NCBI GenBank assembly: GCA_020057295.1
Contig: JAGVGF010000005.1
Location: 32,001 to 96,000, forward strand
Origin: an archaeon
GTDB lineage: Archaea > Nanobdellota > Nanobdellia > Woesearchaeales > UBA9642
Length of the DNA stretch: 64,000 nt
Reading direction: 5' to 3'
Positions 47,203-57,242 of this stretch are shown one piece after another. A program made the position numbers and the translations under genes. A model generated the notes under the pieces. The model saw only the letters and a list, made by a program, of their open reading frames with translations. It had not been told where the DNA came from and searched no databases. How positions within the stretch are numbered: position 1 is the first letter of the stretch; each line of letters opens with the position of its first letter.

Positions 47203-48591
47203 GTGAAACGTCCTAAATTAACAAAGGAACAAATTAAGCAGACTGAAAATGCATCCATAGCTGAGGGTGCTTCATGGAGTGTCATGTATGGTTGTGGTGA
47301 ACAATATGTTACACCATATGCTATAAGACTTGGAGCAAGCACATCAGAAATAGGAATAATATCTACAGTACCATCATTCTTAGGAGCAATATTTCAATTA
47401 TTAGGTGCAAAGATTGTTGATAAGTATAAGACACGTAAGAATCCTGTAATATTATTTTCAATTTTACAATCATTAACATTACTGCCATTATTCTTAATCC
47501 CATTATATACTGATAGTGTATTATGGCTTACAATAATATTCACACTATACTTAATATTCTCAAACCTCATTGCTCCAGGATGGAATTCATGGATTGGAGA
47601 AGTTGTTCCTGATAAGGAGCGTGCAAGATATTTTAGTAAAAGAAACAAGATAACATTAACATATATGCTAGTAACCATAATACTTTCTGGAATATTATTG
47701 AATTATTATGAAGGAATAAATATTTGGATAGGGTTCGGAATATTATTCACTGTCGCATTTATCGGAAGAGTAGTATCAATATATTATTTCTATAAACATT
47801 ACGAACCAGAGTATATTCCTACAAGAGATAGGAGTTATACATTTAAACATTTTTTAGAACATATTAACAATAATAATTTTGGACATTTCATAATCTATAG
47901 ATCCATAATGGGTTTAGCAGTAATGATTGCTTCACCGTTTTTTGCAGTATATATGTTAAAGAGTGTACATTTCTCATATCTACAATATAGTATTATAGTT
48001 TTAATTCCTATGATTGTAAAAATTTTTACGTTTAAATATTGGGGGAAATATAGTGATAAATTTGGAAACAAGAATATTATGTTCATATCATCATTTTTAG
48101 TATCAATCGTACCTCTAGCATGGTTCCTTACAGGATATTTTATACATGAAGTATCTACAATATTTGTAGTATTATTATTTGTAGAAGTAATTACAGGATT
48201 TGCATGGGCAGGATTTGAATTAACAACATTTAATTACGTTCTAGAAACAGTTCCTGTTGATAAACGTGCTAAAGGCATAGCATATTACAACATAATATTT
48301 GGATTCACCGTATTAATCGGCGGGTTACTTGGTGGATGGCTTATAGAGAGCAATGTCATAAGCGCAGATACAGTGGCTAATGTGTTATGGATATTTTTAA
48401 TATCTGCAATCACGCGTGCTATAGTAACATTTTATTTCTATCATACATTAAAAGAACTTACAGTAAAAAAGAATGTTGATGAAAAGAAACTATTTTACGA
48501 AATGTTAATTGGAAAACCATTACACTCAGCAATGCATCAAACGAGACACATGATATTCTTAGTAAAAGACAAGACAGGAATGAAAAGATAA
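47203..48591 (+). CDS. MFS transporter
   Basis: About 12 TM helices; GAKIVDKY, WGKYSDKFGNK motifs. Confidence 0.9.
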   Translation: MKRPKLTKEQIKQTENASIAEGASWSVMYGCGEQYVTPYAIRLGASTSEIGIISTVPSFLGAIFQLLGAKIVDKYKTRKNPVILFSILQSLTLLPLFLIPLYTDSVLWLTIIFTLYLIFSNLIAPGWNSWIGEVVPDKERARYFSKRNKITLTYMLVTIILSGILLNYYEGINIWIGFGILFTVAFIGRVVSIYYFYKHYEPEYIPTRDRSYTFKHFLEHINNNNFGHFIIYRSIMGLAVMIASPFFAVYMLKSVHFSYLQYSIIVLIPMIVKIFTFKYWGKYSDKFGNKNIMFISSFLVSIVPLAWFLTGYFIHEVSTIFVVLLFVEVITGFAWAGFELTTFNYVLETVPVDKRAKGIAYYNIIFGFTVLIGGLLGGWLIESNVISADTVANVLWIFLISAITRAIVTFYFYHTLKELTVKKNVDEKKLFYEMLIGKPLHSAMHQTRHMIFLVKDKTGMKR

Positions 48592-48592
48592 C

Positions 48593-49261
48593 TTAAGAAT
48601 GAGATTTCATAATAAATGATTCTTTATAGATATGTTCTTCGGGCACACCTATTATTTTCAACTCAGAAACTAATTCACTCATCATAACTTCAGGACCACA
48701 AACGAAATAATCATAGTCTAAAAATCCTTTTACAGATGTTACATCTTCTATCTTAAATCTCTCTTTACTTCCTTCACGCGTAAAATATAATTTTACGTGA
48801 ATATTATTTTTGTTTAAATACTCTAGCTCTGAGCGTAATGCCATCTCGTTTTCATAGCGACACGCATAATATACTCTTAAATCATTAAATCCTTGACCGT
48901 TAACTAATGAGTTTATCATGCTATACAGTGGAACTATTCCTATCCCTCCTGCAATAAACATTAATTTTCTATTTTGTCTTAATATGAATTTACCATACGG
49001 GCCGTAAACGAATAGATTATCTAAAATTTTTAATGAAAAAAGTTTGTGTGTGAATTCTCCGGCCAACTTTATGTAAAGAGTGATGGTTTTGTCCATTGCA
49101 TTATATGTTGATACACTATATGCTTTTCTGAATTTAGATTTATCTTCAAACATTAACATCATATACTGTCCAGCAATAAATCTTATTGGTTGATCTAACT
49201 GTATCTTAAACTCACGAATATCTTTAGCAACTTCTCTTATAGAAACAATCTTACCATTCAT
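48593..49261 (-). CDS. FAD/NAD(P)-binding oxidoreductase (FNR family)
   Basis: AGQY, R.AYS, GPYG, AGGIGI.P, CGP, ESF. Confidence 0.9.
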   Translation of the reverse strand: MNGKIVSIREVAKDIREFKIQLDQPIRFIAGQYMMLMFEDKSKFRKAYSVSTYNAMDKTITLYIKLAGEFTHKLFSLKILDNLFVYGPYGKFILRQNRKLMFIAGGIGIVPLYSMINSLVNGQGFNDLRVYYACRYENEMALRSELEYLNKNNIHVKLYFTREGSKERFKIEDVTSVKGFLDYDYFVCGPEVMMSELVSELKIIGVPEEHIYKESFIMKSHS

Positions 49262-49339
49262 AATTCAAAGAATAAATCAGTATTTTATAAATTTTGATAT
49301 GAAAAGATATTTAAATAAACTAAAACTTCCGAGAGTCCA

Positions 49340-49645
49340 ATGACAACGATAGTACAAACAGACAAAAGCAACGTAGCAGACAAAACCAAGAAAACACCAA
49401 AAATTCACACAGTATTGGATCAAACTGTCCAAGAAAATATTGGTTCTCAAGGAGTATATAATATATTGTTGGATTTTCTTAATTCCGACAGAAAATTAAC
49501 TCAATATGAAGAAGAAGAGTTTCTTAGAACTTCTGGTTTTGCAGTTTCAAGATTTGCAGATGATACTATTATAAGATTAGAGTATCAAGGTAAGAATCAT
49601 TTCTTCTTTAAGCCAAACGGACACTACAAAAGATGGCCTGGCTAA
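49340..49645 (+). CDS. Hypothetical protein
   Basis: 101-aa ORF filling the gap, TATA-like upstream. Confidence 0.55.
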   Translation: MTTIVQTDKSNVADKTKKTPKIHTVLDQTVQENIGSQGVYNILLDFLNSDRKLTQYEEEEFLRTSGFAVSRFADDTIIRLEYQGKNHFFFKPNGHYKRWPG

Positions 49646-51418
49646 TTATCTCTTAGACTTCTTTTTAGGTTTAGAATGAACTTTCTTATGAACTGGCTTT
49701 TGTTTCTTTGATTCTTTTTTCGAAACAGTCTTTTTTGAATGTTCTGTAACTTCTACCTTATCGTTTGGAAAGTTCATTAGATTAAATAATTCTGTAACAT
49801 TTAATTCAAGTACTGCTACAGGCATTTCTATCCCCCAATTCATTAATACTTGAGGATGTAGCTCTCCAACATATGCTATCTTAGAATTACTTAACAAGAC
49901 TCGTGCAACTCTTCCTTTAATGAATGAACCATGTTCTGTCTCTGTCAAATCATATTTTAATTCTAAAGCTTCAGCAATTACATCTAATATTTGTTTTATT
50001 TTTGTAAAGTTTGCATCACTACCACATAAACCTATAGCTAGTCTATCTGTTTCCTTAACTCCAGTATCGTATGAATCGTCGAGTTTGAATACTGTTCCTA
50101 TCTCAAATATATTTTGTGGATACTCGTAATGTTTATTGTATCGTAACGTTTCCATCAAGTTAGGAGTTACCCATGCTCTTAATACAGTATATTCTTGTGT
50201 AACACTATTCTCTAATTCTACTAAGTCTATATTATAATTCATTAATTTAGACTGATTATCTTTATTTGTTAAATGATAGTTCTTAACTTCGATTAATCCT
50301 AGACCTATTAGTATTGATCTTAGTTGATTCTTGAATATGCTTATTGGCTTTTCTTGAGCTACTGTTGAAAATTCAGATAATGTTCCTTTAAAGTTTTCGT
50401 AACCGTGCGCTATTGCAATATCTTCAACTAAATCTATTGGATGTAAAATGTCAGCTCTATAGTTTGGAACTAGTGCTTTCTTATTCTTATAATCGTGACC
50501 CATTCTTCCTAAATATTTTTTAACATCTGACTCTTTTAGTTCTAAACCTAAAATCTTATTTACATATTCAACATCTAACTTTAATTCTCTACCACTAAGT
50601 TCTGGAGTTACATGTTTCTTATCAGGATATGATAAATCAACACTGTAAATGTGTCCACCCATATCAGCAAGTGCCGTAACTATGATGTTCAAACATGTGT
50701 GTAAGTAATCAAATTCGAATCCTGAACATTCAATAAATACATCTTTAGTTGTTACAGCAATTTTTCCAACATTATTACTGTTAATTATTGGTGGCATACT
50801 CATTATTGATTGTTTAGCATCAATAAATACAGGATATTTTTCCTTACCATCAAGCAAGTAACCATACTCTCGTCCTGTTGGATGAATTGCTAGAATTTGT
50901 GAGCCAGTTAAATCTTTGTTTAAATCTAATGGCTTGAATTTTATCTCTTCAGGATGTAATGCCTTATAATATATTGGTGTCTTAATATGTTCTAGAGGAT
51001 ATATTCCTATAGCTGCCTTTTTCCTGTTACGCCCGTATGTTATATGTAATTTTTCTTGAATTTGAATTAATTCCTTAATCTTTTCATCAGTTAATTTTAA
51101 TCCTTTAACGATTGCACATGCTGTAAATGGTCTTATACCTTTAACAGATTTATCTACTACAACCTTAACACCACTTTTCTTAACATCATATTTTTTGAAT
51201 CCTAACTTAATATCCATGAATGAACTTAATGCACGTGCAAGCCCCTGTTCTGATAATAAGTCTGGTCTGTTCGGGAATACTTCTACCGTAACTTCATTCT
51301 CATCTACTCCTTCACAGTTTGCACCAAGATAGTTTATCCTATTAGAAAGTACTTCATCGGAAACTTTTCTTCCAAGTAATTCCATTAAACTTTTCTTGTT
51401 GTATTTTACAGTTGGCAT
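49646..51418 (-). CDS. pheT: Phenylalanine-tRNA ligase beta subunit
   Basis: MPTV, NRPDLLS, QEKLH, MPPIINS, YRADILH..DLVED. Confidence 0.97.
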   Translation of the reverse strand: MPTVKYNKKSLMELLGRKVSDEVLSNRINYLGANCEGVDENEVTVEVFPNRPDLLSEQGLARALSSFMDIKLGFKKYDVKKSGVKVVVDKSVKGIRPFTACAIVKGLKLTDEKIKELIQIQEKLHITYGRNRKKAAIGIYPLEHIKTPIYYKALHPEEIKFKPLDLNKDLTGSQILAIHPTGREYGYLLDGKEKYPVFIDAKQSIMSMPPIINSNNVGKIAVTTKDVFIECSGFEFDYLHTCLNIIVTALADMGGHIYSVDLSYPDKKHVTPELSGRELKLDVEYVNKILGLELKESDVKKYLGRMGHDYKNKKALVPNYRADILHPIDLVEDIAIAHGYENFKGTLSEFSTVAQEKPISIFKNQLRSILIGLGLIEVKNYHLTNKDNQSKLMNYNIDLVELENSVTQEYTVLRAWVTPNLMETLRYNKHYEYPQNIFEIGTVFKLDDSYDTGVKETDRLAIGLCGSDANFTKIKQILDVIAEALELKYDLTETEHGSFIKGRVARVLLSNSKIAYVGELHPQVLMNWGIEMPVAVLELNVTELFNLMNFPNDKVEVTEHSKKTVSKKESKKQKPVHKKVHSKPKKKSKR

Positions 51419-51432
51419 TTTATTCTCCTGAA

Positions 51433-51675
51433 TTATAATCCTTTAATCTTTTTACTTAATTCTTTCATATGTTGGTCGATGTTAAACATCCCAATCAAAC
51501 CAGTTATTACAAGTACAATTGATATTAACATCAACTGGAAACTGTACGCGTAAACATTGTATATGTAAAGTAACAATCCTGCGAATGTTACAATCATTAC
51601 ACCAATCATGAATATTAATTGTTTATTGTATGCAAGTTCCAAGCGTTTCAGCTCGAACACTTTCTTATCATCCAT
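51433..51675 (-). CDS. Small 2-TM membrane protein between pheS and pheT
   Basis: 80 aa, two hydrophobic helices, SD-like GGGAG. Confidence 0.65.
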   Translation of the reverse strand: MDDKKVFELKRLELAYNKQLIFMIGVMIVTFAGLLLYIYNVYAYSFQLMLISIVLVITGLIGMFNIDQHMKELSKKIKGL

Positions 51676-51712
51676 TCTTGCTCCCTAAACCTCTTTTACT
51701 GTAACTTTGCGT

Positions 51713-53257
51713 TTATTGTGGCTGTAATAACCATTTCTTCATACTTCGTAATTGTTTCAAATCATTTCTATTGAAATCTCGTAAATCTTGAATCTTATAA
51801 TATGGAACTGCAACTCTTCCTAATCCTAAACCCCATGCGAGTACTGGACACTCAAATCCTAGTAATGTTTTTGTAACTTCTGGCCTGAATATTCCTGCTC
51901 CGCCTAACTCAATCCATTGCTGTTTTTCTGGACTGTATGCCATTATTTCAGCACTTGGTTCAGTGTATGGAAAGTGTGATGGTCTTATCATTACTTTGGT
52001 ATAACCCATTTTTTTGAAAAATTCGTTTAAGTAACCTTTAAGATTGTCAAAATTTGCATTTGGATCTACTACAATTCCTTCAACTTGGTAAAACTCGAAT
52101 AAGTGATTCCAATCTACAGCTTCATTTCTGAAACATTTACCTACACTAAAGAATTTCAATGGTAAATCTTCTTTCTTTAATTTTGATAATGTGTGTGCAG
52201 ATAGGACTGTTGTATGAGTTCTTAATAATAATTCTCTTGCTTTATCTTCATTCCATGCACTCTTCCATCCTGTACTTCCTGTATCTCCACCATTCTCATG
52301 TACTGCCTTGACTTTCTTCTTTAAATCTTCAGGAATCGTTCCTTTAGATGGTTTCTTAATGTAAAATGTATCTTGCATTTCACGTGCAGGATGATCTTGT
52401 GGAACGAATAATGAATCTAAATCCCAGAATGCTGTTTGAACCATTTGACCGGACATTTCCTTAAATCCTAGGTTTAACCAAATAGATTTTATATAATCTA
52501 TTGCTTCATTCTCAAAATGTTTCTTACCATAATTAATTCTAGGAACAGGAAATTTCACATCATATGATCTGAACTCTTTATTATTCCAACTCTTGTTTCT
52601 AATAACATCTTGTGTTAATCCATCAATTACATCTTTTGTCAATGTATCAACATTTTGTAATAATGATATCCCTACAGGAGTTAATGTTATAGTCTTAACT
52701 TTTTGTACTTCAACTTTTAAAATATTTTTTCTCTTGTTTAATTCGTTAAACGCGTAAATCTCTTCTGATGATAATATTTTTGGATCTAATGGGAATGATT
52801 TTTTTAGGAAAGTTTCTTCAATCATCTCTTTTTTTAAGATATTTCTACCAACATCTGTTAAAGAGACTAGAACATCATTGCCTTTCTTTCCAATGTTTAT
52901 AGCATTCTTTCTCTTTAATAAACCTAAACACACCGATACTTCTTCTTTTGAAAGTTTTGAAGTCTTTTCAATTTCCTTAATTGACATCTCTCTGTTTAAA
53001 GAATTAAGGAACACTCTTTCTGGAAGTCCGCTTTTTAGATAGATTTTACCATTCTTATCAAGAAAAACTAATTGCTTAGAATCTTCTTTAGAGTCTATTA
53101 AATTCTTATTTCTAAGCCACTGGATTGCTCTGATTACTTCTATCTCTTTTAAGCTAGAATTATCTACTAAATTAGGAATAGAGGAATATTTAGTCAGTAA
53201 AGGAAGTATTTTTCTTTCTAATGGATGAAGTCCGTCTATTATCTTCTGTATATCCAT
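51713..53257 (-). CDS. pheS: Phenylalanine-tRNA ligase alpha subunit (archaeal long form)
   Basis: PQDHPAREMQDTF, LRTHTT, FRNE, FPYTEPS, AWGLG; start MDIQK. Confidence 0.97.
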   Translation of the reverse strand: MDIQKIIDGLHPLERKILPLLTKYSSIPNLVDNSSLKEIEVIRAIQWLRNKNLIDSKEDSKQLVFLDKNGKIYLKSGLPERVFLNSLNREMSIKEIEKTSKLSKEEVSVCLGLLKRKNAINIGKKGNDVLVSLTDVGRNILKKEMIEETFLKKSFPLDPKILSSEEIYAFNELNKRKNILKVEVQKVKTITLTPVGISLLQNVDTLTKDVIDGLTQDVIRNKSWNNKEFRSYDVKFPVPRINYGKKHFENEAIDYIKSIWLNLGFKEMSGQMVQTAFWDLDSLFVPQDHPAREMQDTFYIKKPSKGTIPEDLKKKVKAVHENGGDTGSTGWKSAWNEDKARELLLRTHTTVLSAHTLSKLKKEDLPLKFFSVGKCFRNEAVDWNHLFEFYQVEGIVVDPNANFDNLKGYLNEFFKKMGYTKVMIRPSHFPYTEPSAEIMAYSPEKQQWIELGGAGIFRPEVTKTLLGFECPVLAWGLGLGRVAVPYYKIQDLRDFNRNDLKQLRSMKKWLLQPQ

Positions 53258-53793
53258 AAATAAACCCCCGAAATTTATGGATTTAATACATAAGACATAT
53301 ATAAAACTTACTATTATTAATAGACCATTCCCCGAGGACAAAAGCACAAAATAAGAACGAATAATTACCACACAGTAACTAAACACTCATAACCTTACTC
53401 AAAACAGAATAAGACACAAAAGAGAAAGATTAAGTAAAAAAATAGAGAAAGATATCCCAAAACCGGAAAAAAAACACTAAAAAATAAATCAAACAAAAAA
53501 GTTTGAAAAAACTAAATAGTTTTTTATAAAAAAATAAAAAAATTTAGAAAATCAAATTATAAGTATAATAAAAAAAATAAAAAATAATTATTGCTCTTAA
53601 TAAAAAAATATTTTTCGAGACGGAAATATAATCTAAATTCATCCCTGCTCACAAGTAACATTTCTATAACTATTATATAAGGGTTAAAAACCGTAACATA
53701 TATAAAGTAGTATTCATATTTCATTTTCAAGTGATAATAATAGTTGAGTAAAAAGGGGTGATTTACCGACTAAGTAATTGTCGGGGGGTTAAA

Positions 53794-54612
53794 ATGATAG
53801 TTAAAGACGAATTTTTAAGCAAGCTACGAAGATACTTCGGTCTTAACTTATACGAAGTAAAAATTTGGACAGCTCTTCTTTCAAGAGGCGTGTCAACAGC
53901 AGGAGAATTATCTGATATAGCAAATGTTCCAAGAAGCAGAAGTTATGACATTCTAGAATCTCTTGAGAAGAAAGGATTTGTTGTAATGAAAATTGGTAAA
54001 CCAATCAAATACATTGCAGTATCTCCTAAAGAAATTGTTGAACGAGTCAAGAAAAACGTTAGAATAGAATCTGACGAAAGAATAAAGAGATTAGAAGATC
54101 TTAAAGGAACTGACGTTGTTGAAGAATTAAATAGTTTACACACTCAAGGAGTAGAAATTATTGAACCTTCAGACTTGTCAGGATCACTAAAAGGAAGACA
54201 CAATCTATACAATCATATGGAACTAGTTATTAAGAGTGCTGAAGAAACAGTAACTATAATGACTACAACAGAAGGATTATTAAGAAAAATAGAAGGTCTA
54301 AAACCGGTGTTTGAACAATTAAAGAAACGTGGTGTTAAAATAAGAATTTCTGCACCATTAAACAAGGATGCTATACCAGCAGTTAAAGATTTAGGTAGTG
54401 TAGCTGAATTAAGACACACTGACAGCAAGGCAAGAATTATTGTTGTTGATAGGAAAGAAATATTATTTATGATCAACGATGATAAAGATGTACATCCAAC
54501 ATACGATGTTGGCATATGGGTAAACACTCCATTCTTTGCTAACGCACTTGAAGATTTATTCGAATTAGCATGGAAAGAGATGAAGCCTGCAAAGACTGTC
54601 TTGAAATTATAA
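53794..54612 (+). CDS. TrmB family transcriptional regulator
   Basis: GLNLYE, VPRSRSYDILESLEKKGF, KPIKY; C-terminal PLD-like effector domain. Confidence 0.93.
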   Translation: MIVKDEFLSKLRRYFGLNLYEVKIWTALLSRGVSTAGELSDIANVPRSRSYDILESLEKKGFVVMKIGKPIKYIAVSPKEIVERVKKNVRIESDERIKRLEDLKGTDVVEELNSLHTQGVEIIEPSDLSGSLKGRHNLYNHMELVIKSAEETVTIMTTTEGLLRKIEGLKPVFEQLKKRGVKIRISAPLNKDAIPAVKDLGSVAELRHTDSKARIIVVDRKEILFMINDDKDVHPTYDVGIWVNTPFFANALEDLFELAWKEMKPAKTVLKL

Positions 54613-54679
54613 ATTAATTTTATTTTTTATTATTTTAATTATCTTTAAAAACTGTTGGTGAGTTCTACCAGGTGTGATA

Positions 54680-55072
54680 ATGTATAATATACTTATAGCA
54701 GATGACGATAACGCAATAGCAGAAATGCTTAAAGAATATCTTTTACAAAAAAGACCATCAAACACATATAATGTAGAGATAACAAATTCTGGAGATAGTA
54801 CTGTTGCGCGAATATCTACAGGCGGTTTAGACTTCTTAATACTAGACGGTAGAATGCCTCCCGGACCAAAAGGTAGCGATATAGCTATAATGGTAAGACA
54901 GTCAGGAAATAATGTGCCTATAGCACTGTTTACAGGAAATCCTAACGATTACACAGATTTGAAAGAAAAAGTATCTTTATGTGAAGTGTTTGCAAAACCT
55001 GCAGAATATGAAAAATTATTAGAATACGTGGACAGAATATTACTTACGAAACAAATAAATCCTAAAAATTAG
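54680..55072 (+). CDS. Stand-alone response regulator receiver (CheY-like)
   Basis: ILIADDD, LILDGRMP, FTG, AKP. Confidence 0.88.
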   Translation: MYNILIADDDNAIAEMLKEYLLQKRPSNTYNVEITNSGDSTVARISTGGLDFLILDGRMPPGPKGSDIAIMVRQSGNNVPIALFTGNPNDYTDLKEKVSLCEVFAKPAEYEKLLEYVDRILLTKQINPKN

Positions 55073-55986
55073 TTTTTTCTTACAACATATAATAATTCTT
55101 GACTGATATCGAATTTCTCAAATTCCCAACCTAATTTCTCTAATAATTTTTCAAACCACCATCGTTTATTCATAGCAATATCTTTACTCCCACTAATGCT
55201 TACTGTTGGAAAGGTTATTGCAAAATATTTTGTCGAGATATTTTTAAGTAATTCTTCTGTAATATTCCGCTTTATTCGTTCTATACCATCAAGTGTTTTG
55301 AATATGAAACATATATCTACAGCTATTTTTTTTAATTTAGGAAAATTATCTTCTTGAGTTAAGTCTAAGGGAAATATTATTGCATCAACAGAAGTTTTAT
55401 CAAAATATTCTTTTAAAAATTTGCAATCTTCAGAAGAGATATCGGAAGCGTAATAACGTTTGATTTTATCTCTAAAAAATATGTTGCTTACAGGATTTAA
55501 GCCACACGCTAGATCCATAAAAATATATTTATCGCTTGTTAAAACTTTCTTTTCATTCTCAAACTCTTCTATACGCTCAAATATTGTAGCATATAATTCC
55601 TCATAGTGATGCATTCTCTCTTTCGTAGATTTATGTAACAACAATAGTTTTGTGTGTACTTGTAATTCTTGTTCAGAATCTAACTCTTCATCTAATAAAG
55701 TTAATAGTTTCTCTTTGTTTTGATAACCATCCATTATAAAAACACCGTATACTTTTCTTAATTCTGCACGTATCTGTTTAATTAAGAAATCATGTTCCTT
55801 ACTTTTCGTGAATTGTTTGTATGTTTTAGAATCTTCTAATTTATCTAGAGCTTTTTTCTTTTCCTGCTCGTAACTTTTACTTTTTAGAAATACTTCAAAC
55901 TTTTGCAGAACGAATTTATCATCTAATGCTCTTAATTCCTTCTTGTCCTTGATATCAGCAATTAATTCGTTAGTATATTTTACCAT
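55069..55986 (-). CDS. ArmA/Rmt (FmrO)-like 16S rRNA methyltransferase
   Basis: LLHKSTKER, DLACGLNP, FKTLD.IE, TFPT.SISG, EL.Y. Confidence 0.82.
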   Translation of the reverse strand: MVKYTNELIADIKDKKELRALDDKFVLQKFEVFLKSKSYEQEKKKALDKLEDSKTYKQFTKSKEHDFLIKQIRAELRKVYGVFIMDGYQNKEKLLTLLDEELDSEQELQVHTKLLLLHKSTKERMHHYEELYATIFERIEEFENEKKVLTSDKYIFMDLACGLNPVSNIFFRDKIKRYYASDISSEDCKFLKEYFDKTSVDAIIFPLDLTQEDNFPKLKKIAVDICFIFKTLDGIERIKRNITEELLKNISTKYFAITFPTVSISGSKDIAMNKRWWFEKLLEKLGWEFEKFDISQELLYVVRKN

Positions 55987-56015
55987 CGTTCCTCAATATA
56001 ATTTTAATCCTTGTT

Positions 56016-57068
56016 TTAAGAATAATTTTCTCTCCATCTTTGTAATGCTGCAATTCCAGTCAAGCCATCTAATTTTTTCATTGCATCTTCTGAACTGATT
56101 ATCTTTACTTCTGAAGTTAATGCTTCAACTCCAGACATTATAGCTTCTACGACTTCATAGCTTCCTTCCTTTTTCATTCGAAGAATTAAATTTTCTGAAA
56201 TTAATAGAATACTAACATTTCCAGACTTGATTTTTTCATCTACTTCTCTCAAACCATAGACGGCATTATCTTTGCTTATTTGACCTAATAATTCTTCTAC
56301 AATCTTTAATTCCTTAGTGGCTCTGTCTTTGTCTAATACTGTTTTCAGTTCTGGCCTCTTTAATATCTCATTTATTGTTCCATCGTCTATGCTTGAACAT
56401 GTTGCAAGGACGATTTTCTTTATTATAGGATCATCTTTCATCTCTTTTAGCACATATTCTTTCCAGAATGCTGGACTTGCAAGTATAATATTATCAAATA
56501 AATATTTTTTATCATACTCTCTTAATTGTAAATGTATCTCTTGATAGAAATTTGTTTTCTTCTCTTCCATGTCTTTTTTAGATACATCTCCTTTTAGTAC
56601 CGATAATGTTTCATGACCATTATTTTTTAGTATTGCAAATATTGCTTCTTCCCTATCAAAAGCTACTATAAGTATATTTGCAAGCTGATTTGTTACTGCC
56701 TCATCTAATTTTTTTAAAGAGTAAGTTGTCCATTTAACTTTAGATATTTCTACTATTGTTCCTTCATTAATATCAAATGTATGATAATCTCCTCTAGGAA
56801 TATCTTCCGGAGCCTCAGTAATCTTTCCAGAAACTCGGAGTGATGTATCATAATCTATCTTTTCTACAATTATTTTTAAGAAAACATTTCGTCTTGTAAC
56901 TTTCGACTTCTCATCCCCACTTCCGCCACCAATTTTTACTTTTCTCTCAGTCATTCCAGAAATCGAATCCTCAATCTCTATGATATTAGATAAATACCAT
57001 AAATCTTGTCCGCTATCTACTTTAACCTTTAAAGTTCCGTGCTTTAAGTCCTTATGTATCATCTTCAT
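56016..57068 (-). CDS. pelA: Pelota / Dom34 ribosome rescue factor
   Basis: DLWYLSNII, LRVSG.I, G.YHT, ASPAFWK, YG..EV, GIAAL.R. Confidence 0.95.
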   Translation of the reverse strand: MKMIHKDLKHGTLKVKVDSGQDLWYLSNIIEIEDSISGMTERKVKIGGGSGDEKSKVTRRNVFLKIIVEKIDYDTSLRVSGKITEAPEDIPRGDYHTFDINEGTIVEISKVKWTTYSLKKLDEAVTNQLANILIVAFDREEAIFAILKNNGHETLSVLKGDVSKKDMEEKKTNFYQEIHLQLREYDKKYLFDNIILASPAFWKEYVLKEMKDDPIIKKIVLATCSSIDDGTINEILKRPELKTVLDKDRATKELKIVEELLGQISKDNAVYGLREVDEKIKSGNVSILLISENLILRMKKEGSYEVVEAIMSGVEALTSEVKIISSEDAMKKLDGLTGIAALQRWRENYS

Positions 57069-57242
57069 GAAATTACAAAATCATCATAAGATTTTAAATT
57101 TAACCCTTTAAACACATTTAGACATATTTTATTCATTGTCTATAACAATAGCAAGATTTATAAATAAGAATACTAAGATTTATGGTTATAATCCGAGTAT
57201 AGGTATACTGCATCTATGAGTGCATGGTTTAGGGTGAATCTT

